A stretch of DNA of 64,000 bases from Octopus sinensis (GCF_006345805.1 NC_043006.1:46500001-46564000); one strand, 5' to 3'. Shown: positions 42,367 to 55,979, numbered from the stretch's first letter. Notes: generated from the letters alone by a model not told the origin. Program-made: numbers and translations.

Positions 42367-43394
42367 AAATATTCAACTGATACACTATTTTTTTACGTCA
42401 TTCTTTTTAAAGTGACACTCTAGATAATTGAATGTTAACTCTCTGTATGAATTTTGGTAAAACCATCACCATCTCGTCTAGTAAAACTCTTCGTGGAGAA
42501 GACTTGTAAAAATGGGTATAGGTAGTCGGGAGCCAATGCTATTAATAATAATATAATTATGTCACGAACACTGGCGAAGGCTGCAGTCAATTACATCAAC
42601 ATTTATACTTGCTTTCTATATATTTTATTTGATTGACCAGAAATTAAAATCGAAGTTGACCCCAGTCAAGAAAATTGTCAGTATTTGTTCACACCAAATA
42701 TATTTATACAAACAGTAAATACGCAGTTTGAATCAAGAAAAAATTGGGAGTTACGAAAAAAATGTTACACGCTTACTGATTATCCAGTATGTTCATAGTG
42801 AATTTTGTAGGATATAATTTGTAAGAGATTTCAATACTCAATTTAAGAAGTCACACGAATACGACGGGACATCCGTCTTGGCATTTATTCCACGTGGTTT
42901 CTCGACCTATCAGAAAGAGGTGGCAACATGTTAAAACTATGAGGTTGTTATAGGTTTCAACTGAGTGCAAGATTTGAAACTGAACTTCAAAGAGTTCAGT
43001 TGGAATAAATGTGTATAATGAACCTTCATAATCCACATGATTAACCTAATGGAAAGGAAGTTAAGCAAGGCTATCAGGCAACTTAATGAAGAAATATGGA
43101 ATTGCACTTCATATGTTTATTAAGCATAACTAATAACTTTAACGATTAAATAACCGATATCATTCTATACGCTAGTTTGATTCAGTGAATAAGTTGAAGA
43201 TTATTTCAAGGATATGTTGGGTTTTGGATTGATAAAATTAATAATTTTAGCATACTCGTTGACACAGTGCAACTAAATGTCAAACGAAAACAATATTTCT
43301 GCAACAATCAGTTATGTAAATGCTTTCGGTGCGAATGGTATTTTATTACGGCGCCGTGATTTACAATCCTGTAAGTAATAATAATGGTATTTTT

Positions 43395-43551
43395 TATATA
43401 AGTTTAAGCTTATGGCGGTCACCATGCAATGGCTAAGGAAAATAGTGTAATAAAGGGGCATATAAGCTCTGAACAGAAAAAAGAAGGTTTATATGCCCCT
43501 TCATTAGAGTATTTTCCTTAGTCATTGCACGGTCATCGCAATAAGCTTGAA

Positions 43552-43558
<7 letters not shown>
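43395..43558. mobile_element. Small palindromic MITE in TA repeats
   Basis: About 65-bp imperfect arms aagcttatggcgg..ggggcatataa / ttatatgcccc..ataagctt, flanked by (TA)n. Confidence 0.7.
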
Positions 43559-43592
<34 letters not shown>

Positions 43593-43851
43593 TATAATTA
43601 AGGGCTAAACAACAATTGCTTCACTACATACCGAAAATTTAGAAATAGCAACCAAAGACAGCTCATTCCTTTTTACTACAGATATGACTCTTCAGATAAC
43701 AATATTTGTAATTCACATACGCAAAAAGAAGAAAAAATAACGAAATCAAACAGTCTTCCATACCGAAACTACTTGGTAAAATTAATTAATTGCTAAATTA
43801 ATAATTCTTTACCCTATATCTGTAATGTATATATATATATATATATATATA

Positions 43852-44780
43852 TTGGAACATCCCATAAATAATGCGATTTTTCAATTGCATGCGCTAAAAG
43901 TCTGAGGGGGACGGAATAAACTACCAGCATCAACTTGCTATAAAAGCATGTGGTAGTTTTACCTTCTCCTTCTTCTTAGTACAAAGTTTGAAGTATGTAG
44001 TTCGATTTTAACAGCTATTTTTCCAAAGCTATAATGCAAGTGACAAAGGAGCATATTCAGCATATTTTACGTTCTGAGTTCTATAAAGGCAACAACGCAA
44101 CGGGAAGTGCGAGGAATATTGATGCAGTATATGGAGATTGGACAATAAGCATAAGCCAGTGTCAACGGCGGTTGCAGAAATTCAGAACCGGAAACTACAG
44201 TCAAGAAGACAAGACTGGTCTTGGAAATTCTGTACTGCTCGACCAGGAGGCTATGCAAAATCTGGTGGAACAAAGTCCCATCGTAACTGTTGAGGAAGTA
44301 GCAGAGAAGCTGGGATTTTGTCAATCAACCATTCATCGACACCTGCCTGCCATCCGAAAGTCAGCAAATCGGATCAATGTTTTCTTCACAAACTTCCGAG
44401 TTGAATCGCGCGCAGAAAGTGAATGCGTGTTCGTCTTTGCTGTTACATCTCACGAATGAACCTTTCTTTGGACCGAGTAGTGACTGGTCACGAGAAGAGG
44501 ATTCTATATAGAAATTTCAAGCACCGCAGTCAGTAGGTAGAGAAAGGAGAAACACCGGCATCCCACGCTAAAGAAGGTCTTTACCTACGTAAGGTGTTGT
44601 TATCTGTTCGGTGGCATTTGAAAGTTTTAGTCCACTTTGAACGTATAAGCCCAAACCAAACGGCAACGAAGGAGATCTCCTGCAAGCAGCTAGAAGAAAA
44701 GCAACCATCTTTGGTTTCAAGACGAAAGGTATTCTTCCATAGGATAATGCTCGGCCACATATTGCGAGGGGCCGACCAAA
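43852..44780 (+). mobile_element. Decayed mariner transposon, 3'-truncated (transposase from 44034)
   Basis: TA-flanked left end ttggaacatcccataaataatgcg; MQVTKEHIQHILRSEFYKGNNA..QKFRTGNYS..STIHRHL; VVTGHEK (for TGDEKW), RKVLLSV, DNARPH after frameshifts; cut off by a SINE C body. Confidence 0.9.
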
Positions 44781-44825
44781 ACCTTAAGAGTGAATTTGGT
44801 AGACGGAAAATGTAAGAAGCCCGTA

Positions 44826-44859
<34 letters not shown>

Positions 44860-45087
44860 GTAGAAATTCATGTGTGTGTCTTTGTGTCAAATCTTGTCGT
44901 CCACCATCCCTTGACAACAGATGTTAGTGTGTTTACATCACCGTAAGTTAGCGATTCGTCGAAAGAGACCGATAAAACAAGTACCAGGATTACAAAGAAT
45001 AAGTCCTTGGGTTGATGTCTTCGATTAAAATCCTTTGAGGCCATGCTCCAGAATGGCCACAGTCAAATAAATGATACAAGTAAAAGA

Positions 45088-45090
<3 letters not shown>
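44781..45090 (+). mobile_element. SINE family C, 5'-truncated
   Basis: Begins ggccgaccaaa, joined to the mariner. Confidence 0.85.
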
Positions 45091-45134
<44 letters not shown>

Positions 45135-45312
45135 CATATTCAAATAAGTAAACCAGAATATCATGAAAGCGATTACGAAACCGGTCGATATATTAAAAAT
45201 TATATTAAGACTATGTAAAGCGTGCGAACTTTCCTTTTTTTAATTTCTTATATGTATTACAACCCACCACGTGGGGATAAGGAGGTAATCGAAATTCCTC
45301 CTTTCTGTTACT

Positions 45313-45393
<81 letters not shown>

Positions 45394-46130
45394 TATATAT
45401 ATATATATACATATATATATGATCTTTGAGCGAGATGTAAGTAGTAACAGCACTACAGAATTTATGTGTGTGCCTTTGTATCAATGTTTGTCTCCCACCA
45501 TTCCTTCACAACCTCAATATATTTTCCGGCTAGCTACCGACGCAGAACTGCGTCCGCATACCCCGAACAACGGAGCTAATGTCCTCACTCTGCCTTAGCT
45601 CACTTGTTTGAGGTATAAGGACGCATTTGTGCGTTGGTAGGCAGGTGGAAAAGATGTTTTCCAGGGGCTAAAAAAGGGAGTAAAATCGTCCTAAACAGGA
45701 CTGCCAATTATCGCTGTGAAATAGATTTTCTCTCTAGTACTGTTATTATTTATTTCTCGCTCAGAGATTTAAAAGCAAATGCTTTGCTCTTCACGAGATC
45801 AGTGGCTGTGTGCCACTTTAAATGTAAATACCTCAAACAAGGCCTAGTGCTCCCATCTCTAGCCAACGATTATCCTGTGCCGATGGAGAGAAATTACCCA
45901 GAAACCATGGTCCGCAGGTAGCATTTAAGGCTGAGTGGGGACATTAGCTGCCTTGTTCCAGGTTTAAAGATGCAGTTGTGCGTCGGTAGCCAGCTGGAAA
46001 TGATGATTTCCTGCAGCTGGACAAAGGGGTTAACATCGTCCTAACCAGGACTACTAATCCACGTTGGAAAATAGATTTTACGCTCTCTCTGTCTATCTCT
46101 GTGTCTGTCTGTCTATTTTTCTGTCTGTCT

Positions 46131-46207
<77 letters not shown>

Positions 46208-47276
46208 TATATGTAATTATACGCCACACACATGCATTCATGCATATGTCAATGCAATATTTGTGATGTGGAGGAATTTTCCCTTACTGTAAACCATCAC
46301 GATAATCTAGAACGATCACGATAAAATATGAGTAAATTAATCCTTCTAGTATTGGCCTTAATTCATATATCCTATTTATCAAAAGAAAAAAAAATTGCAT
46401 TGCAAGAGAACAGAAAACAATGAACCTGACCTTAATCTGTTCTTTGTGATCTTGAAGTGGTTACATTATTGTAAGCCTCACGATTTGCATATAGTTATCG
46501 TTGGTGTGTTTATGCCAAATAAAGCATTAAGTCTTAAAACAAATATTTCTGTAAACCAGGTCTCATGATTTCTCCTTAATTAAGAAAAGGGATTGTATTC
46601 TCAAAATGAATTTCTTTAATTAATCTCATTGCGAATCATTTTCTTTTGTACCCTATGAAGAATTGTTTTTCCCGTCATCTTCAGATTTTTTTATAACTTC
46701 TTTCAAATTTTTCTTTCAATTATCCCGAATACAGTTTTCAAAAGAATCAAAATAGCATTGCAAGAAATTCCTTCTGTTTGGATCAACAGAAATATTACAA
46801 CATCTTTCTTGGAACCATATTAGAAATACTATCCAATATAGAGGATTAACACGTTCGTTCGAAATGTGATAATTCCAGCCGAGATTCTTGAAAAGGAGGA
46901 GCAAGTGAGGAAAAAAAAAAACTTTCTCCATTCGCTACATTTTCTCCTTTAATAAAATCCATTGTATGGTTTAATTAATTCTCGGTTGCAAATGTATTAA
47001 TAAAAATGCAAGATGGAAAGTAAATTAAAGAAAAGTTTGATTGAAAATCCTTTGTAATTGTTTTTCTCCGTGTGATTTCGCTTTGATGTCATTCTGCAAA
47101 CGAAATAAAACTTAACCATGAAATACAATAACAACAAACATAATAAATATTCTTCTTCTTCTTCTTCTTCTTCTCTCCTAATCCTCCCCTTCGTTTTTCT
47201 TCATCATCCTCTTCATCCTCCTCCTCCTCCTCCTCCTCCTCCTCCACATCTTCTTCTTCTTCTCCTTCTTCTTCTG

Positions 47277-47313
<37 letters not shown>

Positions 47314-48365
47314 TATTATTATTATTATTATTATTATTATGATTATTATGATTATTACTATTTTTATTATTATTGCCAGCAATAAAATGGAATGAAACAT
47401 GATTACGAAATGTTTTCTATCAATATGATTTGAAAGAAAATTCATATTTTCATTTTCTCTTTCTCGAAAATACTTTTGTAGCACCTTTAATGACCAAAGG
47501 GTTAACACTAACACAAGTTATTAAAACTGGCAGCCATGTTATGAAAAATACAAAACGAAAATTGAAAAGAAGCAAAATAAATAAATAAATAAAAGGAAAA
47601 ATAAAGTACAGACGTTAACTTTGGAGAAAACAAAATGGTTGCTACAATAGGAATAAGGATTTTTATTAGTCTGTTTCTTCCTTAGTTTTCTATTTTGTTT
47701 ATAATTTATCAATTTTTGCAAAATCATAGTTTGGCGGAAAATGTTCCGCCTGTAAGGTTTATTCGTGTAGAAAACAAAGATTGAAATCACGTTAATACAA
47801 AAACGAATAAAGCATGAAATACTTTTAAAGCAAGCACAGTGAGAAAATATGAATATTGTGAGAGAAAATGCGAAGAAATGAATAGAAAATTGATGACTTC
47901 AAAACCAGAAATTTGAATGTATCGTGTCAGTCATCGCGAACTAATGTCTCTCATTTTCGTTAATCTTTACACCGAACAAACCAAGAGTATTGCCCATGTT
48001 TCTGATAAAATTAACTATGTAATAAAACGTCCATGGGATTATGAGGTGATTAATTTGCTGTAGAGTTTAAGGCTCTCTGCCAGTGAAAAATTTCTAACTA
48101 GAATTACTTTTTAAAACTCGTTATCAATCCCTAATATCATTCGATTTTTACAAAGACTTTTAAAAAATAGTTAAAAACGAAATGGTAGAGCGTGTTAGGA
48201 AATGTTGTCTATAGATAGGATGGTGAGTTTCTAAAGTAATTTATCTCGTCATAAAATTCCTTTATTTAGTTTTTAAATCGAACATATCTTCTTATGATTA
48301 AACAGAATTGATTGTTTAAATTTGTTTGATTGTAGAAGAGAAAAATAGTGTATGAACGGACGCGG

Positions 48366-48414
<49 letters not shown>

Positions 48415-48719
48415 CGCGCGCGTGTGTGTGTGTGTGCCTGTGTGTGTCTGTGTTTGTATACACCACTGTACTTGTTTTTGTTTCTCTGAAAATCTGCTTA
48501 CATCGTATTTCCAGCGATTCTCTACACTTTCGCTCCACCTGCTGGAAATAGTAGCCAAGATTTACTGAAATTTTATCTCTCAGTATTAATGGTGGCATGA
48601 AATTATAGAAGTAGAAATATAAAATACCAGGCTGGTCATGTCTGGAACGATTGTGATCATAGGTTTTCTTCAGATGACCTTCGCACATTATCTTAAAATA
48701 GATATTTTCATTACATAGA

Positions 48720-48940
48720 TACATATATATTTAAAACAATAAGTAGAGCCGACAAGGGAAGGTTCAGAACCAATCAATGATGCGGACAGCGAAGAGGATA
48801 AATAAACGCAGATGATTTCCACCCAGACCATATATATAGTTGAATGTTTTGAGAATAAAATTATGCACAGAGACCAGAAAAGGCGGTCCAATGCAATACA
48901 GCATAGTGATTCTAACAGATGGATGGTTCGTGATCTCATT
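48720..48940 (-). pseudogene. Possible decayed class A (aminergic-like) GPCR fragment, TM3-TM4
   Basis: LESLCCIALDR (48915-48883) resembles the TM3 end of aminergic receptors (IETLCVIALDRY type), followed at plausible spacing by IICVYLSSSLSASLIG. No intact ORF. Confidence 0.4.
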
Positions 48941-49331
48941 TAACACCAGCTCATATGTATTATGATTATTACCATCCTGTGTAATGGTTAACCGAACAAT
49001 CATTCATGTATTATTTTTCTATCTAAACTGATGCGATATCTGAAACAGATTTGGCTGCAATCTCTCGCATATCGAGCAACTATTTCAAAATATCTTCTCG
49101 ATGTTTGGTGAAAAAGCAAACGGTTGTAGTTGTGCTTTCCAACTTTAAACTACTATTTGTTTACGGAAAAATAATGTTGCAGCTTGGTTCACATTTGGTA
49201 CAAGTTCAGCTGATGCTTCATGAGGTAGTAGCTTTGTTGTCTACCTCAGATCTACTCTGATTAAGCAGATCTATGACTACAGTGATTCCAATTATGTTCA
49301 TTCTGTCACTTCAAAGCTGCCAGTGACTATA

Positions 49332-50210
49332 CGAGGGGGTACCCCAAGGAAATTGGAATTTTGCAATATTGTTTTATTTTCTTAGTTTTACATGTTTACA
49401 CTTTTATCGCCTTCAAAGTATTCTCCATTCGAAGCACTGCATCGGTCCAGGCGCGTTTTCCATTATTCGAACAGTGCTGCATCTCTTGCAAAGTGAAACC
49501 TTTTAAAAGTCTTCGTCGTTTTATTCTTCACCTCTGCCACTTCTGAAAATTCCGTACCACCAGCTTCCGTCACCAGTGATGACCTTCGAAAAAAGGTCCG
49601 AATCAACTTCAAACTGTTCTTTCAGTTCACGACACGGATTTAGTAGTGACTGCATTTGATTTTCCGTGAGCAAGCGAGGTACAAGTTTGGCTGCAGCTGT
49701 TTTCCTTCACAATCTTTCGCTCAAAATTCTTTGTCATGATTTACAGAACACACCTGTCATATCAGCAAGTTCGTCAATTGTTCAGTGATGATCCTCTAAT
49801 ATTAGTTCATGAATTTGCATGATGTTTTCATTCGTTCGGGGGCGTTGGCCTTCAATCGACAAGTGGTCATTCCTAAAGCGTGGAAACCACTCGTAAACAT
49901 GTGTTTTGCACATGTCAGCGTCCTTGAAATCTGTCTGAATCACGACAACTGTTTCGGCTGCCGTTTTCTCCAGAAGAAAACAAAATCTCACAGAAGCACG
50001 CTGTTCATCCGTTTCAGTCATCGCAAAAGTCGACGAACAGGGGAGAAGAACAGCAAAACAAAGACGCTCCACGTGACAACTGCACTCGAACACACCGGTC
50101 GGCTGACTGAAGCTTTAGGGTTGCATCAGTGCCTTCTAGCGGCGGTAGCCTGAACAACAACGGGTTTGTCCTACTGAAAACGTTTCCGGTAACTTTTGGG
50201 TACCCCCTCA
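49332..50210 (-). mobile_element. Internally deleted mariner with both TIRs and TA duplication
   Basis: TA|cgagggggtacccc .. gggtaccccctca|TA; transposase from 50021: MTETDEQRASVRFCFLL..VYEWFPRFR..TIDELADM..LVPRLLT..KVITGDGSW, then jumps to the C-terminus. Confidence 0.92.
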
Positions 50211-51070
50211 TATGTTACGCCGTGTCAATCGATTTTTCAAGGCTGCTCTGAATGAAAATTATTTTGCTGCTATATTTTTCAGTCTGATAGAATAACAGGT
50301 TGAGGCTGTCACATTGGCTCAGAAATATGGTATACTTACTGAAGCAACTGCCTTGCAAGTAAAGCTCAGGAAGCGAAGAACAGTGCTCATCGGAAAGTTT
50401 ATTGAAAATGATACAAGATTTATTGAGGCATCGGTAAAGGTTAATGAAAGGTATTAAACTGGAAATAACTAGGAATTAGACCCGCTGTAGGAAGACAATT
50501 CAGAAATATTGCAACAGAGAGATGTGTCCGTTAATACGGAAAAGAATCTATCATTCCGTTGTCACATGTGGTGCGTCTTACTGGCTAACCATTTAAACCA
50601 TGAGCTGTTAATACTATCTCATATGTGTAATTCTAAGTATAAGAGCCCAGTGCTTTTGTAGGCGTAAAAACAGGACTACGTCTAGTTTACAAGCAGTTAA
50701 CATCTTCCATAAAATTTCTCGAAAGACAAGCCTAACGTATCTAAAAACGTCTATGGCCCACAATAGATATTGCTAAAAAAAACTTGATCAAATAAAAAGG
50801 GTGCAGTATTCATCAGTCGCTAGACACTCACCAAGCTGCTAGCTAGGAGCAATATCATTCGACATTTTGCAGCAGTTAGTAGCAGACGCTATAGAACAGA
50901 ATTCGATTGTACTACATTAGTTTCGCGAATTCAACAAATTAATGAGCCTTCTTTATCTTATGTCATCCTCACGAAGACGTGTTCGCAAACTTGAAAGGCA
51001 ACAATCCGAAAATCAGGAATGCGTTTCACAATTAGAGTTATATGATACACACACACACACACACACACAC

Positions 51071-51484
51071 TTGTTTCAGTCATCTGACTGCGGCCATGCT
51101 GGAGCACCGCCTTTAATCGACCAACTCGACCCCAGGACTTATTCTTTTTTTTGTAAGCCCAGTACTTATTCTATCGGTCTCTTTTGCCGAACCGCTAAGT
51201 AACGGGGACATAAACACACCAGCATCGGTTGTCAACCAATGCTAGGGGGACAAACACAGACACACAAACACACACACGCATACATATATATATATATTAT
51301 ATATATATATATATGTATACATATATACGACGGGCTTCTTTCAGTTTCTGTCTATCAAATCCACTCGCAAGGCATTGGTCGGCCCGAGGCTATAGCAGAA
51401 GACACTTACCCAAGATGCCACGCAGTGGGACTGAACCCGGTACCATGTGGTTGGTTAGCAAGCTACTTACCACACAGCCATTCC
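51071..51484 (-). mobile_element. SINE family C
   Basis: Reverse-complement full match. Confidence 0.92.
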
Positions 51485-51703
51485 TGTCATGATTCAAACA
51501 GATTTCAAGGACGCTGCCATGTGCAAAACACATGTTTATGAGTGGTTTCTACGATTTAGGAATGACCACTTGTCGCTTGAAGGACAACATCCCCCGAACG
51601 AATGAAAATATCATGAAAATTCATGAACTGGTATTAGAGGATCTTCACCGAACAATTGATGAACTTGCTGATATGACAGGAGTGTTCTGTAAATCCTGCC
51701 AAA

Positions 51704-51705
<2 letters not shown>
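51485..51705 (+). mobile_element. Mariner fragment, inverted sister of about 49735-49950
   Basis: High identity by eye, including the same shortened linker (..EGQ.PRTNENIM..). Confidence 0.88.
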
Positions 51706-51743
<38 letters not shown>

Positions 51744-52410
51744 ATGTGTTACAATTATTCAATAGTCAAGATAAAACTATTTACATAATATTGAGTCCTC
51801 TTTCTTTATTTTGTTATCTTACCGTTTATACCAATATATATTATATATATATATATTATATATATACATAAATACAATATATGTGTATGTCGTTTTATGT
51901 GTATATATGCTTGTACATATATGCAATCTAGAAAAAAATTATTTCTGTATCTATTTTGCAAAGAATATTGCATGCGTTTCATTGAAATTAGTTCAGTTTT
52001 GAATCTATTAAGATGCGCCGTTGACTTAGCTCTAATGTGCATACAAATCTTACATTCATATGTACATACACGCATACTTCTACACACATTCATATACATA
52101 AGCAGACCCATATATGTGTACACATGTACTTGGAAATTGCTACAGTAATTAGAGACATTATTTGATCATGGTTAAAACCATTGACATCTACCACAATTTA
52201 TTGAAGAAAGATTAATATTTATTAAAATAACGTTTACACTAACACAGCATTGATTACGTCGGTTAATATACCGTACTAACCTTACTAACCTCCATCATAT
52301 GTAATTAGTTATGAAGCGACGTTGCTTTCAAACACTATTTCCGTCGCTTTTATAATGTATAATACCGTAATCATATTTGCAGTTGGTAACATTTCTCTCG
52401 AGAATATTTC

Positions 52411-52499
<89 letters not shown>

Positions 52500-52724
52500 A
52501 GTATATCTGTCTGTCTGTCTGTCTGTAAATATATGTGGTGCCTGTGTATATATGTATATAAATATATACATACACACGCATATATAAATATATATATATG
52601 TGTGTGTATATACAAATATATATATATATATGTATAAGTGTGTGTATATATATACATACATATACACTACCAGAGGAGGCGGAGGAGGATAGAGATACAC
52701 ACACACACACCACACACACATATA

Positions 52725-52773
<49 letters not shown>

Positions 52774-53350
52774 GATATATATACATATATGCTTATGTGT
52801 ACACACACACTCAAACAGACAGATATATATGTATTATGTATTTGTATATTCACTCATGAGATGCGTGTGTAAATTCATGTATGTTTACAATAATTGTTTG
52901 AGGATAAAAGTTCATTTATTAAATTGGCTGTAATAGGAAACTAGAGATGGTGCAGTATAATTAATATATTTTTCTAAACATTTCGGTTGGTCATTCAGGC
53001 GGAAATTCAATCACACGTGGTATATTGAGATCAAATCAGTCAGTAAGCATCAGCCTATCTTGAGGCTAAATGTACATCGTAGTGTTTATTAGAGTTAATT
53101 AATGTCAACTAATTATTAATATGCTGAAATGAAGCGGTCATTTTTGAATTATTTATTGAGGTGTTAAAAATATGCAGTAAAGATATTTACTTAAATTAGG
53201 TACATACATAGGCGCATCAAAGTACTAAACACTTGAGGTTATATTTCTGTTATCATTCAATCGGTGGCATATAATCGGTGGCATATGTTTCATTTAAATT
53301 TCCATCTCCATCCAGATTCATTCACGTGGATGATATTTAAAGAATATACG

Positions 53351-53514
53351 AGTGGCTGTGTGGTAAGTAGTATGCTTACCAACCACATGGTACCGGGTAC
53401 AGTCCCACTGCGTGGCACCTCGGGCTAGTGTCTTCTACAATGGCCTCGGGCCGACCAAAGCCTTGTGAGTGGATTTGGTAGATGGAAACTGGAATAAGCC
53501 CTTCCTATATATGC

Positions 53515-53581
<67 letters not shown>

Positions 53582-54185
53582 CGTGTGTGTGTGTGTTTGT
53601 GTATGTGTATGTTTATGTTTCTGTGTTTGGCTCGCCAACATCGCTTGACGACCGATGCTGGTGTGTTTACGTGTCCGTAACTTAGTGGTTCGGTAAAAGA
53701 GACCTGTAGTATAAGTACTAGGCTTACAATAAAGAAGTCCTGGAGTCGATTTGTTCGACTAAAGGTGGTGCTCCAGCATGGCCACAGTGAAATGACTGTA
53801 ACAAGTAAAAGAGTAAAAGAGTATTCGATCAGAGGTATAGGTGTATAGTTAAGAAGCTCGCTTTGCAAACACATAGTTCCGGGTTCATTCCGTTTGCGCA
53901 GCATATTGAGGATGACACTTTAAATATAACGCATTGTGAGTGAATTTGTTGGTGGGAAGCTGTGAAAACTCATAGGTCTATATGAGTGTGTATGCGTGTA
54001 TCCGTGCGTGTGTCCCTGTTTGACGCGCCAATTTCGTTCACTTAACTTATCGGTTTGGCCATAGAGAGCGAAGGAATAAGTAGCAGTTTTAAAAGCAAAA
54101 TAGGCACTGGGGTATATGTGTTTGACTAAAATCCCTCAGGTATTGCATCAACGTGGCTGCAGTCCTATGACTGAAACAAAGAATT
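53351..54185 (+). mobile_element. SINE family C (53351-53822) and an older diverged relative (53830-54185)
   Basis: Family C match; the second copy retains the head and tail layout. Confidence 0.85.
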
Positions 54186-54318
54186 AGAGCATTACCTGAT
54201 AAGATTTAGTTTATAGTATCGTTAGCAGGGACATATGTCTTCCGTCCGTTGCTCGACACATGCCACTGATAAAGCACAATACATTGAATACAGTTCTCTC
54301 TATTCTAGATATGCCCTC

Positions 54319-54590
54319 GGGCATATGGCATAGTGGTTAAGCGCGCGGGCTACTAACCCCAAGATTCCGAGTTCGATTCCAAGCAGTGATCTGAACAATA
54401 ATAATAATAATAATAATAACAACAACAGCAACATCATCAAAAATACCTTATGAATGAGAACCCAGGTTCAAAAGTTTCCCCCAAGACACCTGAAGAAGGC
54501 TGGAGGGTATTTGAGCTGAAACGTTCTTTTAACAAGAAACAAGATGAAGACAAATATCCGTCGAGTGTAAATAACATAAATAATGTACGA
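54319..54590 (+). mobile_element. tRNA-headed SINE family D: head, (AAT)n/(AAC)n, hammerhead-bearing tail
   Basis: Head gggcatatggcatagtggttaagcgcgcgggctactaaccccaagattccgagttcgattcc; second copy at 63121-63480 (-). Confidence 0.85.
54485..54530 (+). ncRNA. Hammerhead motif family HH-e (stem I degraded)
   Basis: gacac CTGAAGA a ggct..agct GAA ACGT T ctttt; palindromic ACGT stem III. Confidence 0.6.
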
Positions 54591-54737
54591 TACATTGAAA
54601 TCACGTGATATGCCAGTCCCAGTGACCCTATCAGAAAAGTGTCGCCTGCTTGTATTCCAGTGTTTTCACGTACCATAAATCTATATGAGAGAATCTCTCG
54701 ATGCTATTATCGCAGTATTTGGCCCTCTAATAATACA

Positions 54738-55070
54738 TGAAGGCGCATGGCTCAGTGGTTAGAGCGTCAAGCTTTCGATCGTGAGGTTGTGAGTTCGAAT
54801 CCCGGCCCGAGCTGCGTGTTGCGTTCTTGAGCAAGACACTTTATTTAACGTTGTTCCATTCACTCAGCTGTAGAAATGAGTTGCGACGTCACAGGTGCCA
54901 AGTTGTATCGGCCTTTGCCTTTCCCTTGGATAACACTGGTGGCGTGAAGAGGGGAGGCCGGTATGCATGGGCGACTGCTGGCCTTCCATAAACAACCTTG
55001 CCCAGACTTGTGCCTCGGAGGGTAACTTTCTAGGTGCAATCCCACAGTCAGTCATGACCGAAAGGGGTCT
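54738..55070 (+). mobile_element. SINE family B, tail 1, with TSD aataca
   Basis: Head tgaaggcgcatggctcagtggttagagcgtc..gagttcgaatcc; aataca occurs on both flanks. Confidence 0.92.
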
Positions 55071-55979
55071 CAATACATCCATAATTAAAGGATATGAAGA
55101 TTGTTTTTTTGGTACTGTTTCTGTAGCCAATATTTATATCCTTATTAGCCTGCTGCCTATTTGTCACATTAGTCACTGGAAAATCACTGTTATTCTATAT
55201 GTCATTAGCAGTGAGCTGTGGCTGCTATACAGTGATCCATGCCTGCCACTGAAGTATATATAGCATTTTGAAATCCAGTGATCTAGCATCCCCAGTGCCA
55301 GTACCAGACGGTTCTCGTCTATTATGATATATGTCAGTGCTTTTAAGCACCGTACATCTATATGAAAGGGTCTTTCAAAGCGAATACAACAGTATTTGGC
55401 ACTACTTTGATAATATATTCCCGTTAAGGAGGATATGATCATTGCCATTTGATATATACAAATTTATGTTGTCAGAGATTTTTAGCCGTATGGTAAAAAA
55501 TGTAGATTATGAAATGGAAAAAAAATTAAATTACAGAGATTGTAAATGAATTACATAAAAGTTAATCTGGTAATTCAATATATATATAGAGAGTCTCTGT
55601 AATGGATAGGTGATACATTTCTAGATCAAACAATTCTAGTACTAATAAAAAATTTCGACAGTTTCGGTGAATAAAAAATGGCGGCAACAAGATAATAACT
55701 ACATAGCTAACACTGATATTTTATTGTCTGAACAGAGAGACCGGTAATTTTAATATCACTACCAAACAGAAACAACCTCTGTAATCATCATATCTGAGTA
55801 GTATATATAGCGAGAGTGGAGACGGGACTTAGTAGCTGTGTGCGACTCTGAATTATTATCTTAGCAGAAATATAGCTTAATCAAAAGAAAAAAAATAATT
55901 AAAGAACAATGTTTTTGGATCTTTATTGTCTCGGTGCAAAAATAAGAATGTTTTCATGTATGTATGTATGTATGTGTTA

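Noticed and set aside
49221-49248. TGAGGTAGTAG (let-7 5' end) paired with CTACCTCA
   Set aside because: Only 11 nt match let-7, and the stem is 8 bp with a 12-nt loop, far too short for a pre-miRNA.
50299-50358. 60-nt AG..GT-bounded frame VEAVTLAQKYGILTEATALQ
   Set aside because: Weak acceptor, no partner exons found, and family resemblance is too slight.
55673-55690. AAAATGGCGGC (YY1-like or start-codon context)
   Set aside because: Single motif; the ORF is five codons and no other promoter elements are nearby.
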